Below are positions 31,768-40,101 of a DNA stretch of 64,000 nucleotides, in pieces (position 1 is the stretch's first letter; the number at the start of each line of letters is the position of its first letter). The notes beneath the pieces are model-generated. The model was not told where the DNA came from, made no database searches, and worked only from the letters and a program-made list of their open reading frames with translations. This stretch comes from an uncultured Nitrospina sp. (GTDB taxonomy: Bacteria; Nitrospinota; Nitrospinia; Nitrospinales; VA-1), in NCBI GenBank assembly GCA_964510965.1, contig CAZECX010000001.1:13582-77581 (forward strand). Direction: 5' to 3'. Position numbers and translations under genes: made by a program.

Positions 31768-32907
31768 TCACAAAACCACTGTTTTATTGAGTCCAACGGA
31801 TTTAACCAAGGTTTCTATCACGAAATCCAACTCTAATTTAGAGGTATTGCAACCCAAACTGAAGCGAATGGAACTGTTGATTTTTTCATCCGGTATTCCC
31901 ATGGCCCGAAGGACAGGGGATGGCAAACCCGTACCGGAGCTGCAGGCAGATCCCGTTGAAACAGCAATCCCTTCCATATCCAAAGCAATTAACAGGGTAT
32001 CCCCTTCAACCCCATCAAAACCCAGATTCAATGTATTTGGCAACCGGTTTTCCCTGTCACCAAATAACTCAGTATCTGGAATCATTTCACAGACCCTTTT
32101 GTAGAAATAATCTCTCAATTCTGAAATCTGTGATGTTTCACCCTTTTTCTTTGCAGCCAGTTCACTAGCTTTGCCAAATCCTATAATTCCGGCGACATTT
32201 TCTGTCCCCCCTCTTCTTTTCTTCTCCTGACTTCCACCACACACAGGTGAAAAAAGGGCAGGCGTGCCTTTTCTAAGGTACAACGCCCCCACCCCTTTAG
32301 GACCATTAAATTTATGCGCAGAAATAGACAACATATCCACAGGGTAATCCTGCAAGTGGAATGGAATCTTTGCAACACTTTGGACTGCGTCTGTGTGGAA
32401 TAGAACTCCTCTATTCCGGGCAATTTCACTGACACGTTTTATATCCTGCAAAACCCCTGTTTCACTATTGGCATGTTGAAGCGATATTAAAACAGTCGAA
32501 TCTGTTATTTGAGATTCCAAATCGTCTATATCTATCCGCCCAAACCGGTCAACATCAAGATAGTGAACCTCTACCCCCTGCTCTTCCAATTGTCGGCAGG
32601 GATTAATTACTGAAGGATGCTCCGTTTTACTGGTTATTATTTTTCCCTTATCCCTAAACGCTACTCCTAAGAGGGCAAGGTTATTGGCCTCGGTCCCACC
32701 ACTTGTGAAAATAATCTCGGAAGAATTAGCGCCAAGAAGATGAGCAACCTTCTCCCGCGCTTCATCCAGTTGAACTCTCGCCGTACGACCGAACGAATGG
32801 ACGCTGGAAGGGTTCCCGAAATTATCCCGAAGAGCAGGCAACATCGCATCCAAAACTTCAGGATGCAAAGGGGTGGTTGCATTATGATCTAAATAAATAT
32901 TTTCCAT
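31768..32907 (-). CDS. Cysteine desulfurase (NifS/IscS class I)
   Basis: 379 aa. IYLDHNATTP N-terminus, PLP lysine context SISAHKFNGPKG, active-site loop STGSACSSG. Confidence 0.9.
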   Translation of the reverse strand: MENIYLDHNATTPLHPEVLDAMLPALRDNFGNPSSVHSFGRTARVQLDEAREKVAHLLGANSSEIIFTSGGTEANNLALLGVAFRDKGKIITSKTEHPSVINPCRQLEEQGVEVHYLDVDRFGRIDIDDLESQITDSTVLISLQHANSETGVLQDIKRVSEIARNRGVLFHTDAVQSVAKIPFHLQDYPVDMLSISAHKFNGPKGVGALYLRKGTPALFSPVCGGSQEKKRRGGTENVAGIIGFGKASELAAKKKGETSQISELRDYFYKRVCEMIPDTELFGDRENRLPNTLNLGFDGVEGDTLLIALDMEGIAVSTGSACSSGTGLPSPVLRAMGIPDEKINSSIRFSLGCNTSKLELDFVIETLVKSVGLNKTVVL

Positions 32908-32991
32908 GCGAAGACAAAAGTCAAAAGTAGATAGAGTAATTATCCTTTAGGGTAAAACAAAAGGGAGAAAAAAATAAACGCTTAACTGATG

Positions 32992-33714
32992 CTAACCGGA
33001 AATTTTTTTTCTGGGAGCTTCATCAATGGGGGGTGAATCCGGCAAGACAATTCCATTTTCATTTAACGTTTCTTTCAGTTGGCGGATTTCTTTTTCCATT
33101 TCCGGCAGTCGGTCCAACATACATTCTATAGCGCGCGCAACGGGATCGGGAAAGGACTCGGGCCCCTCCTCGTCTTCCATTTCAGAAGATATACCAGAGA
33201 ATACCACCCTGCCCGGCACACCGATCACCGTAGAATATTCCGGCACATCCTGCAAAACCACAGAGCCTGAACCAATCTTGGTATTACAACCAACTTTTAT
33301 GGGGCCTAACACTTTAGCTCCTGCACCGATAACGACGTCATCTGAAACGGTGGGATGGCGCTTTCCCTTTTTGGTAGCCAAACCTCCCAAAGTCACCGCC
33401 TGATAAACAAACACATTGTCACCTATTTCAGATGTCTCACCAATGACAACACCCATACCGTGATCAATAAAAAATCGCTTCCCGATAATAGCTGCCGGGT
33501 GAATTTCAATGCCGGTAACCCAGCGGGCAAACTGCGACAAAGCTCTGGCAATAAACTTAAATCCTATTCCCCAAAGCCAATGCGTGACCCGATACGCGAT
33601 CAAGGCATGGACTCCTGGATAAAGAATCAAAACTTCCAGAGCATTTCTAGCCGCTGGATCCTTTTCCAGAGCAACTGCAATATCTTCTTTTATTTGCCGA
33701 AGCATCATAGTCAA
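32992..33714 (-). CDS. cysE: Serine O-acetyltransferase
   Basis: [18 protein letters not shown]-terminus and hexapeptide repeats ([31 protein letters not shown]...). Confidence 0.9.
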   Translation of the reverse strand: MTMMLRQIKEDIAVALEKDPAARNALEVLILYPGVHALIAYRVTHWLWGIGFKFIARALSQFARWVTGIEIHPAAIIGKRFFIDHGMGVVIGETSEIGDNVFVYQAVTLGGLATKKGKRHPTVSDDVVIGAGAKVLGPIKVGCNTKIGSGSVVLQDVPEYSTVIGVPGRVVFSGISSEMEDEEGPESFPDPVARAIECMLDRLPEMEKEIRQLKETLNENGIVLPDSPPIDEAPRKKISG

Positions 33715-33837
33715 AAACTTTTAACCTGTTGTTAAACTTTATATTATAGCGCAGAACAGCCCAGACGCAATGCCCGGGACCTATTAATTAAAAGGATTCG
33801 ATTTAACGGAAAAACGGTTAAAACTAAATTGGGGGAG

Positions 33838-34512
33838 TTATTTGTACATGAGGGAAACTAGTTGGACACGGGCATGCACCCGGAACTTGGAGTAAATCCT
33901 TTTTAAATGATCTTTTACGGTGTGTGGACTCAAATGTATCTTCTTGGCGATTTCTTTATCACTCAAACCCTCGCAAATTAATCGGGCCACATCGGCTTCC
34001 CTTTGAGTCAAGCCCGCTTCCTGCATTAAAAAGGTCATTTGTTTTTCAAGCTTATTATCGCCACTTACCAAAATTTCATTTTCCGCTTCAACCTTTTCAA
34101 ACATTTTCAGGTTTTCGCGTGCCCGTTTGGAAAGAGTTTTCATGATGGCCATCAAAGTATCCGGATAAGAAGACAATTCGGAATGAAACAAATCATGAGT
34201 GATTTCCAAGAGATGAGTGACACCCGAAGAAACTACCTTTGCAGACCGAGGCTTGGATTCAATCAAAGCCATTTCTCCAATATATTCCCCCATACCTCGG
34301 ACGGCGATCTCGGTTTCGTGTTTGTTAACAGTCACCCCACCAGAGAGAATGACGAACATGGAGTTACCATCATCACCATCTTCAAACAACGTCTCCCCAT
34401 CTTCTAAACTTTTATACAAGCATTCATTCGCAACTGATTCTAAAACATCTTGAGGAAGTTTTTTCAGAAAATCGATTTTAGATAGAAAGTCTATATTTGT
34501 TAACTCAGACAC
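33838..34512 (-). CDS. cNMP-binding domain / LuxR-type HTH transcription regulator
   Basis: GTG start 4 nt after AAGGTG. N-terminal CAP-type cNMP domain with phosphate-binding cassette GEYIGEMALIESKPRSA. C-terminal GerE/LuxR HTH LTQREADVARLICEGLSDKEIAKKIHLSPHTVKDHLKRIYSKF. Confidence 0.8.
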   Translation of the reverse strand: MSELTNIDFLSKIDFLKKLPQDVLESVANECLYKSLEDGETLFEDGDDGNSMFVILSGGVTVNKHETEIAVRGMGEYIGEMALIESKPRSAKVVSSGVTHLLEITHDLFHSELSSYPDTLMAIMKTLSKRARENLKMFEKVEAENEILVSGDNKLEKQMTFLMQEAGLTQREADVARLICEGLSDKEIAKKIHLSPHTVKDHLKRIYSKFRVHARVQLVSLMYK

Positions 34513-34534
34513 TCGGCACCTTAAATAAATTTTA

Positions 34535-34549
34535 CAATTTTGAAAATTG
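34535..34549. promoter_or_regulatory. 7-1-7 perfect palindrome CAATTTT-G-AAAATTG upstream of the cNMP-LuxR gene
   Basis: Read directly from the sequence. It lies 23-37 nt upstream of the GTG at 34512, and the outer TTT/AAA extends the symmetry with one mismatch. Candidate operator. Confidence 0.35.
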
Positions 34550-34638
34550 CAAACGACCCTATAATTTCAGAATTATAACATTTTTGAAAAAATTAATTTG
34601 AGGCAGGAAAACACGAATAGTTTCTCTTCGGGAAATAA

Positions 34639-36108
34639 TTATAATTGGAAATTTAATCCTGCTAAAAACACATTTTGATTAAAATCCACGGAAACTAAAT
34701 TTGAATTGCTCATGACTCGGGTATAGCTAATATCAAAGTCTATATGATCTTTTATGATAGGTAGATTAAACAAAAGGTTAAGAGTGTGCTTGGAATCAAA
34801 ACGCGGCACACCGATAGATGAATTAATATTCTCAAAATTCTTAAGATAATAGTTATATGTAAATTGGGTTGATATTTCGAAGGGTCCGGGAATTTTTATT
34901 CCGCCCGTTGCTGAATGTCCCAAATAGTCCAACTCGAAATCCTCGGTATCATCCATGTCAAAAGCATAACTGGCAAACAAGTAGGCTTTCGCATCCATAA
35001 AAAACCAGAACTGCGTCAAACTCCATACATGAGATGTTCCATCCCGGGCATTACCCACAAAATAATCGTTAATATTATAGGTGTAAGATAGATTTGTGTA
35101 GAAGTTGGGATCGGGTGCATAACCCAGACGCGGGGTGATGCTGTGAGTTGCATTTAAATCAGCTCGATCCAGGAAACTGTAATTATAATTAAAACTTATA
35201 TCACCATCCCAATCACCGGAACCATAACCCACAGAGGAATAAAAGTCATGCGATGTGCTGTCGAACTGCGGCAGTTTGTCCCATCTCTGTTGTGAAAAGT
35301 CATAGCCGATTTCAATTTCCGAGTTTTCGAAAGGTTCGAATTGGGTTCCTACGCTGAGCAGATAACCTATAGATCTATCCTGCTCGTTGGAAACAATGTC
35401 CTGATTTGATACGATGACATTATCATCGTATTGAGAATTAATTTCAGCCTTGATCCACCAGTTTTTTTCACCCTCCGACTCAACCCCCAACAGCTTTAGC
35501 ATATCTTTGGCTTGCCCTGCTGTGGAAGTATCCGGGCCTTCTTCTACAGCCAATTGAAAAGCCAGTTTTGCCTCTTCTTCTTTTTTACTTTCCAAATATC
35601 CCACACCAATTTGAAAATAGGAAATCTGGTTTAAGGAAGGATCCAGACCCATTGCGGATTGAAAAAATATTAAGGACTCCTCATATTTTTCCATCTGCTG
35701 CAGGGTGAACCCCATGAACAAATTCGCAGTGGCATTTTGGCGATTATTCTCCAACACCTTTTCAAATTTTTGAATGGCCTCAGAGTTGGATTTGAGCTTA
35801 AAAAGCACTATTCCCAATTGTAAGTGCGCGCCTTTGTATTTGGGGTCTTTTTGCAAAACATTTTCAAAAGTCTGCCTGGCCTGTTCCAGCTTTTTTGCTT
35901 TTGCTAAGGTGAGGCCCTTGTAATAGAGAGCTTCGAGATTGGAAGGATCTTTATCTAGGATTTTTGAGAATTCGCTTAGAGCCTGATTATATTTCCCTTC
36001 ATTGTAAAATTGAAGGCCCAGAACCAAAGGAGAGGAAGATGTTTCTTGTGCCTGAGTGGACGCAACGTACAGAGTCAAATATAGAAATAGGTACAAAAAA
36101 AATTTCAC
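34639..36108 (-). CDS. Outer-membrane protein: N-terminal TPR domain plus C-terminal beta-barrel
   Basis: Signal peptide MKFFLYLFLYLTLYVASTQAQE, about 5 TPRs up to roughly aa 200, then about 280 aa of alternating amphipathic strands rich in Y/D/N/S/F, ending GLNFQL. Confidence 0.6.
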   Translation of the reverse strand: MKFFLYLFLYLTLYVASTQAQETSSSPLVLGLQFYNEGKYNQALSEFSKILDKDPSNLEALYYKGLTLAKAKKLEQARQTFENVLQKDPKYKGAHLQLGIVLFKLKSNSEAIQKFEKVLENNRQNATANLFMGFTLQQMEKYEESLIFFQSAMGLDPSLNQISYFQIGVGYLESKKEEEAKLAFQLAVEEGPDTSTAGQAKDMLKLLGVESEGEKNWWIKAEINSQYDDNVIVSNQDIVSNEQDRSIGYLLSVGTQFEPFENSEIEIGYDFSQQRWDKLPQFDSTSHDFYSSVGYGSGDWDGDISFNYNYSFLDRADLNATHSITPRLGYAPDPNFYTNLSYTYNINDYFVGNARDGTSHVWSLTQFWFFMDAKAYLFASYAFDMDDTEDFELDYLGHSATGGIKIPGPFEISTQFTYNYYLKNFENINSSIGVPRFDSKHTLNLLFNLPIIKDHIDFDISYTRVMSNSNLVSVDFNQNVFLAGLNFQL

Positions 36109-36235
36109 AACAAAAAGCCAATTTTTAAAATAAAGACTTTAAGAGTAACCTATTTCTAAAAATTTTCCAGTTTAATTCAACGGGTTAGCTTATTCGGACA
36201 ACCAAACATTTAGCTGGTAGTAATGGACAGCTAAA

Positions 36236-37549
36236 TTAGCAAGCCTTCTTTCCTTTACCTTTGCATTGTCCAGATTTTCCTGGCGATCCCCCTTTATTTT
36301 CTTTATCCTGCCCAACTCTCTTGGTTGCACCTTTAGCTTCCCTTTTAGCAACTTCCTTTCGAAATTTTTTCGCAATTTTTCCAGGATTAGAAGATTTGAA
36401 AGAAGGTTTGAATTTGGTGTTTTTAGGTACGACATCGCCCCCGCCTAATGAAGCGAGTTTGGTATCAGTTTTTCTACCTCGTTTTTCAACCTCATCTTTT
36501 TTCAAAAATTTGGATTTTGCGGTTCTAACACCTTTACCTCTTTTTACACCTTTTCCCTTAAACTTACCTTTGCCCTTGTTTTTAAACTTACCAAGACCTT
36601 TACCTTTGCCGGCCTTTACTACTGCTTTGGCTGCACCCCTGGCAATTTCCTGAATCTGGCCTTTCGCAACAATGGATTTTTTTCCGAGCTGTCCATTGGC
36701 AAGGATAGGAGCGGTTTCAATAGAGCCTGAGATACCTATAAAGGAGGTCTTGCCGGCTTTATCAACTGCCACTACAAATTCCGTCCCGCGCACCCCTGCA
36801 ACTGCAGTTGGGGTCACTACTTTAAAACTGGAACCCTTTGCCTTACCTTTGGTCACCACAAACCTTACGGTTCCCTCGGCGACATTGACCACGGTTTGCC
36901 GCAAGTCTTTTTCTGGATCATAGATATGCTTTTTAATTCTGATATTGGAATTTTCTCCAATGGTCAAAGAACTTTTATCATCGAAGGTGAAAGAAGCTTC
37001 CGAATCCTTTTTAGTTTTGATTTTGTCATTCATAAAAACGGGAGAAGCCAACTGAACACTTTCCCCTTTTTTCTCGCCCTTATGAAACTGCAGGATTTTT
37101 CCATCCGCAGCTGTTGCAATGCCAACATCAGCGGATTTGACAACGCCTTTATCTTTTAGAAACAGTTTTTGTTCGAACAAGTTTCTGCCGGGAGGCTCTC
37201 CCGAAAGAGCATAGGCAACACGCACGAATTCCTGCTCTGTCATCCTTTCTTTAGGATCTTTTTCGGACAGGACTTTAAACCCGCGAATTTTTAAAATATT
37301 TGCAGTTTTGGAATACAACTCTTCCTGCGATAATTTAGCGTGGTTTTTGGGAAGAAAAGGATGATCCGGCTGATTTTCAGCTATCGTTGCAACAAACTCA
37401 CCCCGAGTCAGTTCAGAGTTATCCGTGCTTGCAGAGATGAGCACCAAAGTACAGGTGGCAAATAATAGGAATTGAAAAAGAGGGTTTAAAAAACCTTTTC
37501 TACTTTTCTTAAAAAATTCTTTATCAAAAACTCTATTAAAATTTCCCAT
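36236..37549 (-). CDS. FecR-domain envelope protein with Lys/Gly-rich C-terminal tail
   Basis: N-terminal hydrophobic anchor (LFQFLLFATCTLVLISA). Central FecR fold (SFTFDDKSSLTIGENSNIRI...VVTPTAVAGVRGTEFVV). Last 124 aa contain 36 Lys by my count (GKGKGLGKFKNKGKGKFKGKG...). Confidence 0.7.
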   Translation of the reverse strand: MGNFNRVFDKEFFKKSRKGFLNPLFQFLLFATCTLVLISASTDNSELTRGEFVATIAENQPDHPFLPKNHAKLSQEELYSKTANILKIRGFKVLSEKDPKERMTEQEFVRVAYALSGEPPGRNLFEQKLFLKDKGVVKSADVGIATAADGKILQFHKGEKKGESVQLASPVFMNDKIKTKKDSEASFTFDDKSSLTIGENSNIRIKKHIYDPEKDLRQTVVNVAEGTVRFVVTKGKAKGSSFKVVTPTAVAGVRGTEFVVAVDKAGKTSFIGISGSIETAPILANGQLGKKSIVAKGQIQEIARGAAKAVVKAGKGKGLGKFKNKGKGKFKGKGVKRGKGVRTAKSKFLKKDEVEKRGRKTDTKLASLGGGDVVPKNTKFKPSFKSSNPGKIAKKFRKEVAKREAKGATKRVGQDKENKGGSPGKSGQCKGKGKKAC

Positions 37550-37747
37550 ACTCCTCTGAGGCTCCCTTAAATACTACCGTTTTCGTATTTGCTTCAAAAA
37601 ACATTTCGGCTCTATTATTATGGTCAATGAAAACTACCTCTAAAACAATCCCACAAATGGGGTATTTTATTAAGATTTACCAACCTTGTAATCAAGGCAG
37701 CATGTCTTAATCCTATGCTATCTGCCTGATATTTGGTTTCACACAAT

Positions 37748-39886
37748 TCAAATTTCTAAACGGGGTTTAACCAGTATATGAGCAAGGCTTTCCGGTAGCA
37801 ACGGTTTTTCAACAATATTCCCTTGAATTACATCACAACGGTATTTGCGTAGTAGTTCTTTCTGCTCTTTGGTTTCCACTCCTTGGGCAGCAGTCCTTAA
37901 ATCAAGGCTTTTGCCGACAGTAATAATAGTGTTGGTAATAGCGTCATTGGCTCCTGTGAATAATCCATTCACCAATCCTCGATCGATATTCAATCCGCTC
38001 AAAGGTAAGGTAGCCAAGGTGTTTAGGGAAGATAACCCCATACTGAAATTATCAATGATAATTTTAGCCCCCATTTCATTGACTTCATTCAATTGCTTTT
38101 TATGTTCAGCCGAAGTTTTTACTAAATTGATTTCTGGAATTTCTATTTCAACAAATCCACTGGGAAGCCCCGATTTACTAATAAAATTATCCAGGGTTTG
38201 AGAAAATTTGGGGTTCATCAGTTGACTATCAGAAATATTTAATGCCAGAGGCAAGGGTGTTAATCCGTCTTTTTTCCAAATCGCGATTTGTTTTTGAATA
38301 TTTTCAAATACCCATTCACCGATGGGCAGCATCAATCCTTTTTCTTCTGCAAAGGGCAGAAAGTTATCGGGTAAAATAATGCCTTTCTCGGGGTGATTCC
38401 ATCGAAGTAATACTTCAAGTCCAGTACATACACCTGTTTTGGAATCCACCTTGGGTTGGTAATTTAAAATAAAGGCATCGTCTTCCAAGGCTCTGTGTAA
38501 ATCATTTTTGAGGTCAAATCGTTTTTGAGCCACTGAAAGCAATTCAGGGTCATGCATAAAATAAGTATTTTTCCCCTGAGCCTTGGCCCGATACATCGCC
38601 GCATCTGCATTTTTATAAAGCGTTTCCACATCATTGCCGTCATTGGGGTAAACCGCGATGCCAATGCTGAAACTGGAAAAGATTTCGTGTGATTCAATTT
38701 GAAAAGCGGGCTTGAGAGATTCAACTATCCTTTCCGCAAGCACAGTAGAATAATTGCTGTCCTTCAACCCACTCAAAAGAACAACAAACTCATCACCTCC
38801 AATTCTGGCAACAGTGTCTTCCCCTCTAAGCAATCCGGTCAAACGTCCTGCGACTTGCTTTAATAATTCATCACCCACAGAATGGCCCAGGGTGTCATTC
38901 ACGGTTTTAAAGTCATCCATATCGAGAAACAACAATGCGAACTTTTGCTTGTTACGATCCGAATGAGCAAGAGCCAGCTGAATTCTATCGTTGATCATAT
39001 TGCGGTTGGGTAAATTAGTCAGAGGATCAAAAAAAGCCATTCGCTTCATTTTGTATTCCATCTGTCGAAACTCGGTGAGATCTCTTACAATTACAACAAG
39101 GGCGCTGGTATCCCGGAGGACCATCAATTTCATTTTTACTTTTATAGGATAGACCGTGCCATCCTTTCTCTTTTGAAAAGCTTCAAAAACCTGAATAATT
39201 TTGCTTCCACTTTTAAGTGTTTCAGCGTATTCATCAAATTCGAGTCGTGATTGATCTTCCCAGAATTCATAAAGAGCCCTGCCCTTAAGTTGACTCTTGG
39301 AATAACCCATGTTCTTTGTAGCCACAGAATTGGTTTGGGTAATTTTGTAATCTTTGTCATCAATGACAAAAATTTCGTTGCTGGTATCGTCCAGCACCTG
39401 TGATAATTTTTCAGCGTTGTCTTTCGTCAGAACCAACTCGGCTTTCATGTCGTCCATGACATCTAAATCAGTACGAGCTCTTTGTGAAAGAGTCTTTAGC
39501 AGAGCAAACAGGGATTGGGAGTGGTCAGAAAATTCTTTTTGAAATTTTTCATCGGTAATTTCAAGCAATTGCGATTGCACTTCTGCACGAATGGTTGCAG
39601 ATCGGGGTTCAGATCCAATCAAACCCATTTCACCGATGTATTCACTGGTCTTTCTTCTGGCAATCACCTTGTTCTTTTTATAAACCAGCAATTCTCCAGA
39701 AAGGATGATGTACATGGCATTAGAAACATCTCCTTCTTCAAATAATACTTCAAGGGCTTCCAAAGTAACTATTCGGGAAGAGCGCGCCAATTTTGCAAGC
39801 GTTTCTTCAGAAAAAAAGCTTAAAAAATCAACATTCCTAAGCTGCTCTAAGTTTTCGACTTCATCCATTGTAAAATTTTCTGCCAT
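37748..39886 (-). CDS. cNMP-binding / PAS / GGDEF / degenerate-EAL protein (predicted diguanylate cyclase)
   Basis: 712 aa. cNMP cassette SEYIGEMGLIGSEPRSA, a PAS domain, then GGDEF (aa 363-367, nt 38786-38800) with RGED I-site. The EAL half reads EVLLR...DNFSMGLSS...NID...QGVE. Confidence 0.85.
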   Translation of the reverse strand: MAENFTMDEVENLEQLRNVDFLSFFSEETLAKLARSSRIVTLEALEVLFEEGDVSNAMYIILSGELLVYKKNKVIARRKTSEYIGEMGLIGSEPRSATIRAEVQSQLLEITDEKFQKEFSDHSQSLFALLKTLSQRARTDLDVMDDMKAELVLTKDNAEKLSQVLDDTSNEIFVIDDKDYKITQTNSVATKNMGYSKSQLKGRALYEFWEDQSRLEFDEYAETLKSGSKIIQVFEAFQKRKDGTVYPIKVKMKLMVLRDTSALVVIVRDLTEFRQMEYKMKRMAFFDPLTNLPNRNMINDRIQLALAHSDRNKQKFALLFLDMDDFKTVNDTLGHSVGDELLKQVAGRLTGLLRGEDTVARIGGDEFVVLLSGLKDSNYSTVLAERIVESLKPAFQIESHEIFSSFSIGIAVYPNDGNDVETLYKNADAAMYRAKAQGKNTYFMHDPELLSVAQKRFDLKNDLHRALEDDAFILNYQPKVDSKTGVCTGLEVLLRWNHPEKGIILPDNFLPFAEEKGLMLPIGEWVFENIQKQIAIWKKDGLTPLPLALNISDSQLMNPKFSQTLDNFISKSGLPSGFVEIEIPEINLVKTSAEHKKQLNEVNEMGAKIIIDNFSMGLSSLNTLATLPLSGLNIDRGLVNGLFTGANDAITNTIITVGKSLDLRTAAQGVETKEQKELLRKYRCDVIQGNIVEKPLLPESLAHILVKPRLEI

Positions 39887-40101
39887 TAAATCTGACCTGG
39901 AGCTATTATAGATAAAAAACCTGAATCAATTATAGTTTCTATAAACAAAAACAAAATCCCCCCCGTTTAAGGGATAAGCAAAAAACTATTGTTTTTAAAT
40001 GATTTAACTAATTATTTGTTACACAATATTGACATTATTTTTAATTTCAGTCAGTGATGCGTAAAATTACAATCATTGGAATTAATGGAACAGACAAGTA
40101 A

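Noticed and set aside
36400-36640. Periodic acctt/ccttt DNA that looked like a tandem repeat or CRISPR-like array
   Set aside because: There are no unit-length direct repeats with unique spacers. The periodicity is the codon-level reflection of GKGK protein repeats.
36190-36653. Alternative-frame ORFs (36190-36435 minus, 36261-36653 plus) across the 3' end of the FecR gene
   Set aside because: They are produced by the low-complexity Lys/Gly-coding repeat, which stays open in several frames. The FecR-frame ORF is continuous with a bona fide domain.
37690-37722. Interrupted hairpin AGGCAGCAT...ATGC(tatc)TGCCT downstream of the GGDEF gene as a terminator
   Set aside because: The stem has a 4-nt bulge and no U-tract follows on the minus strand, so it is not convincing.
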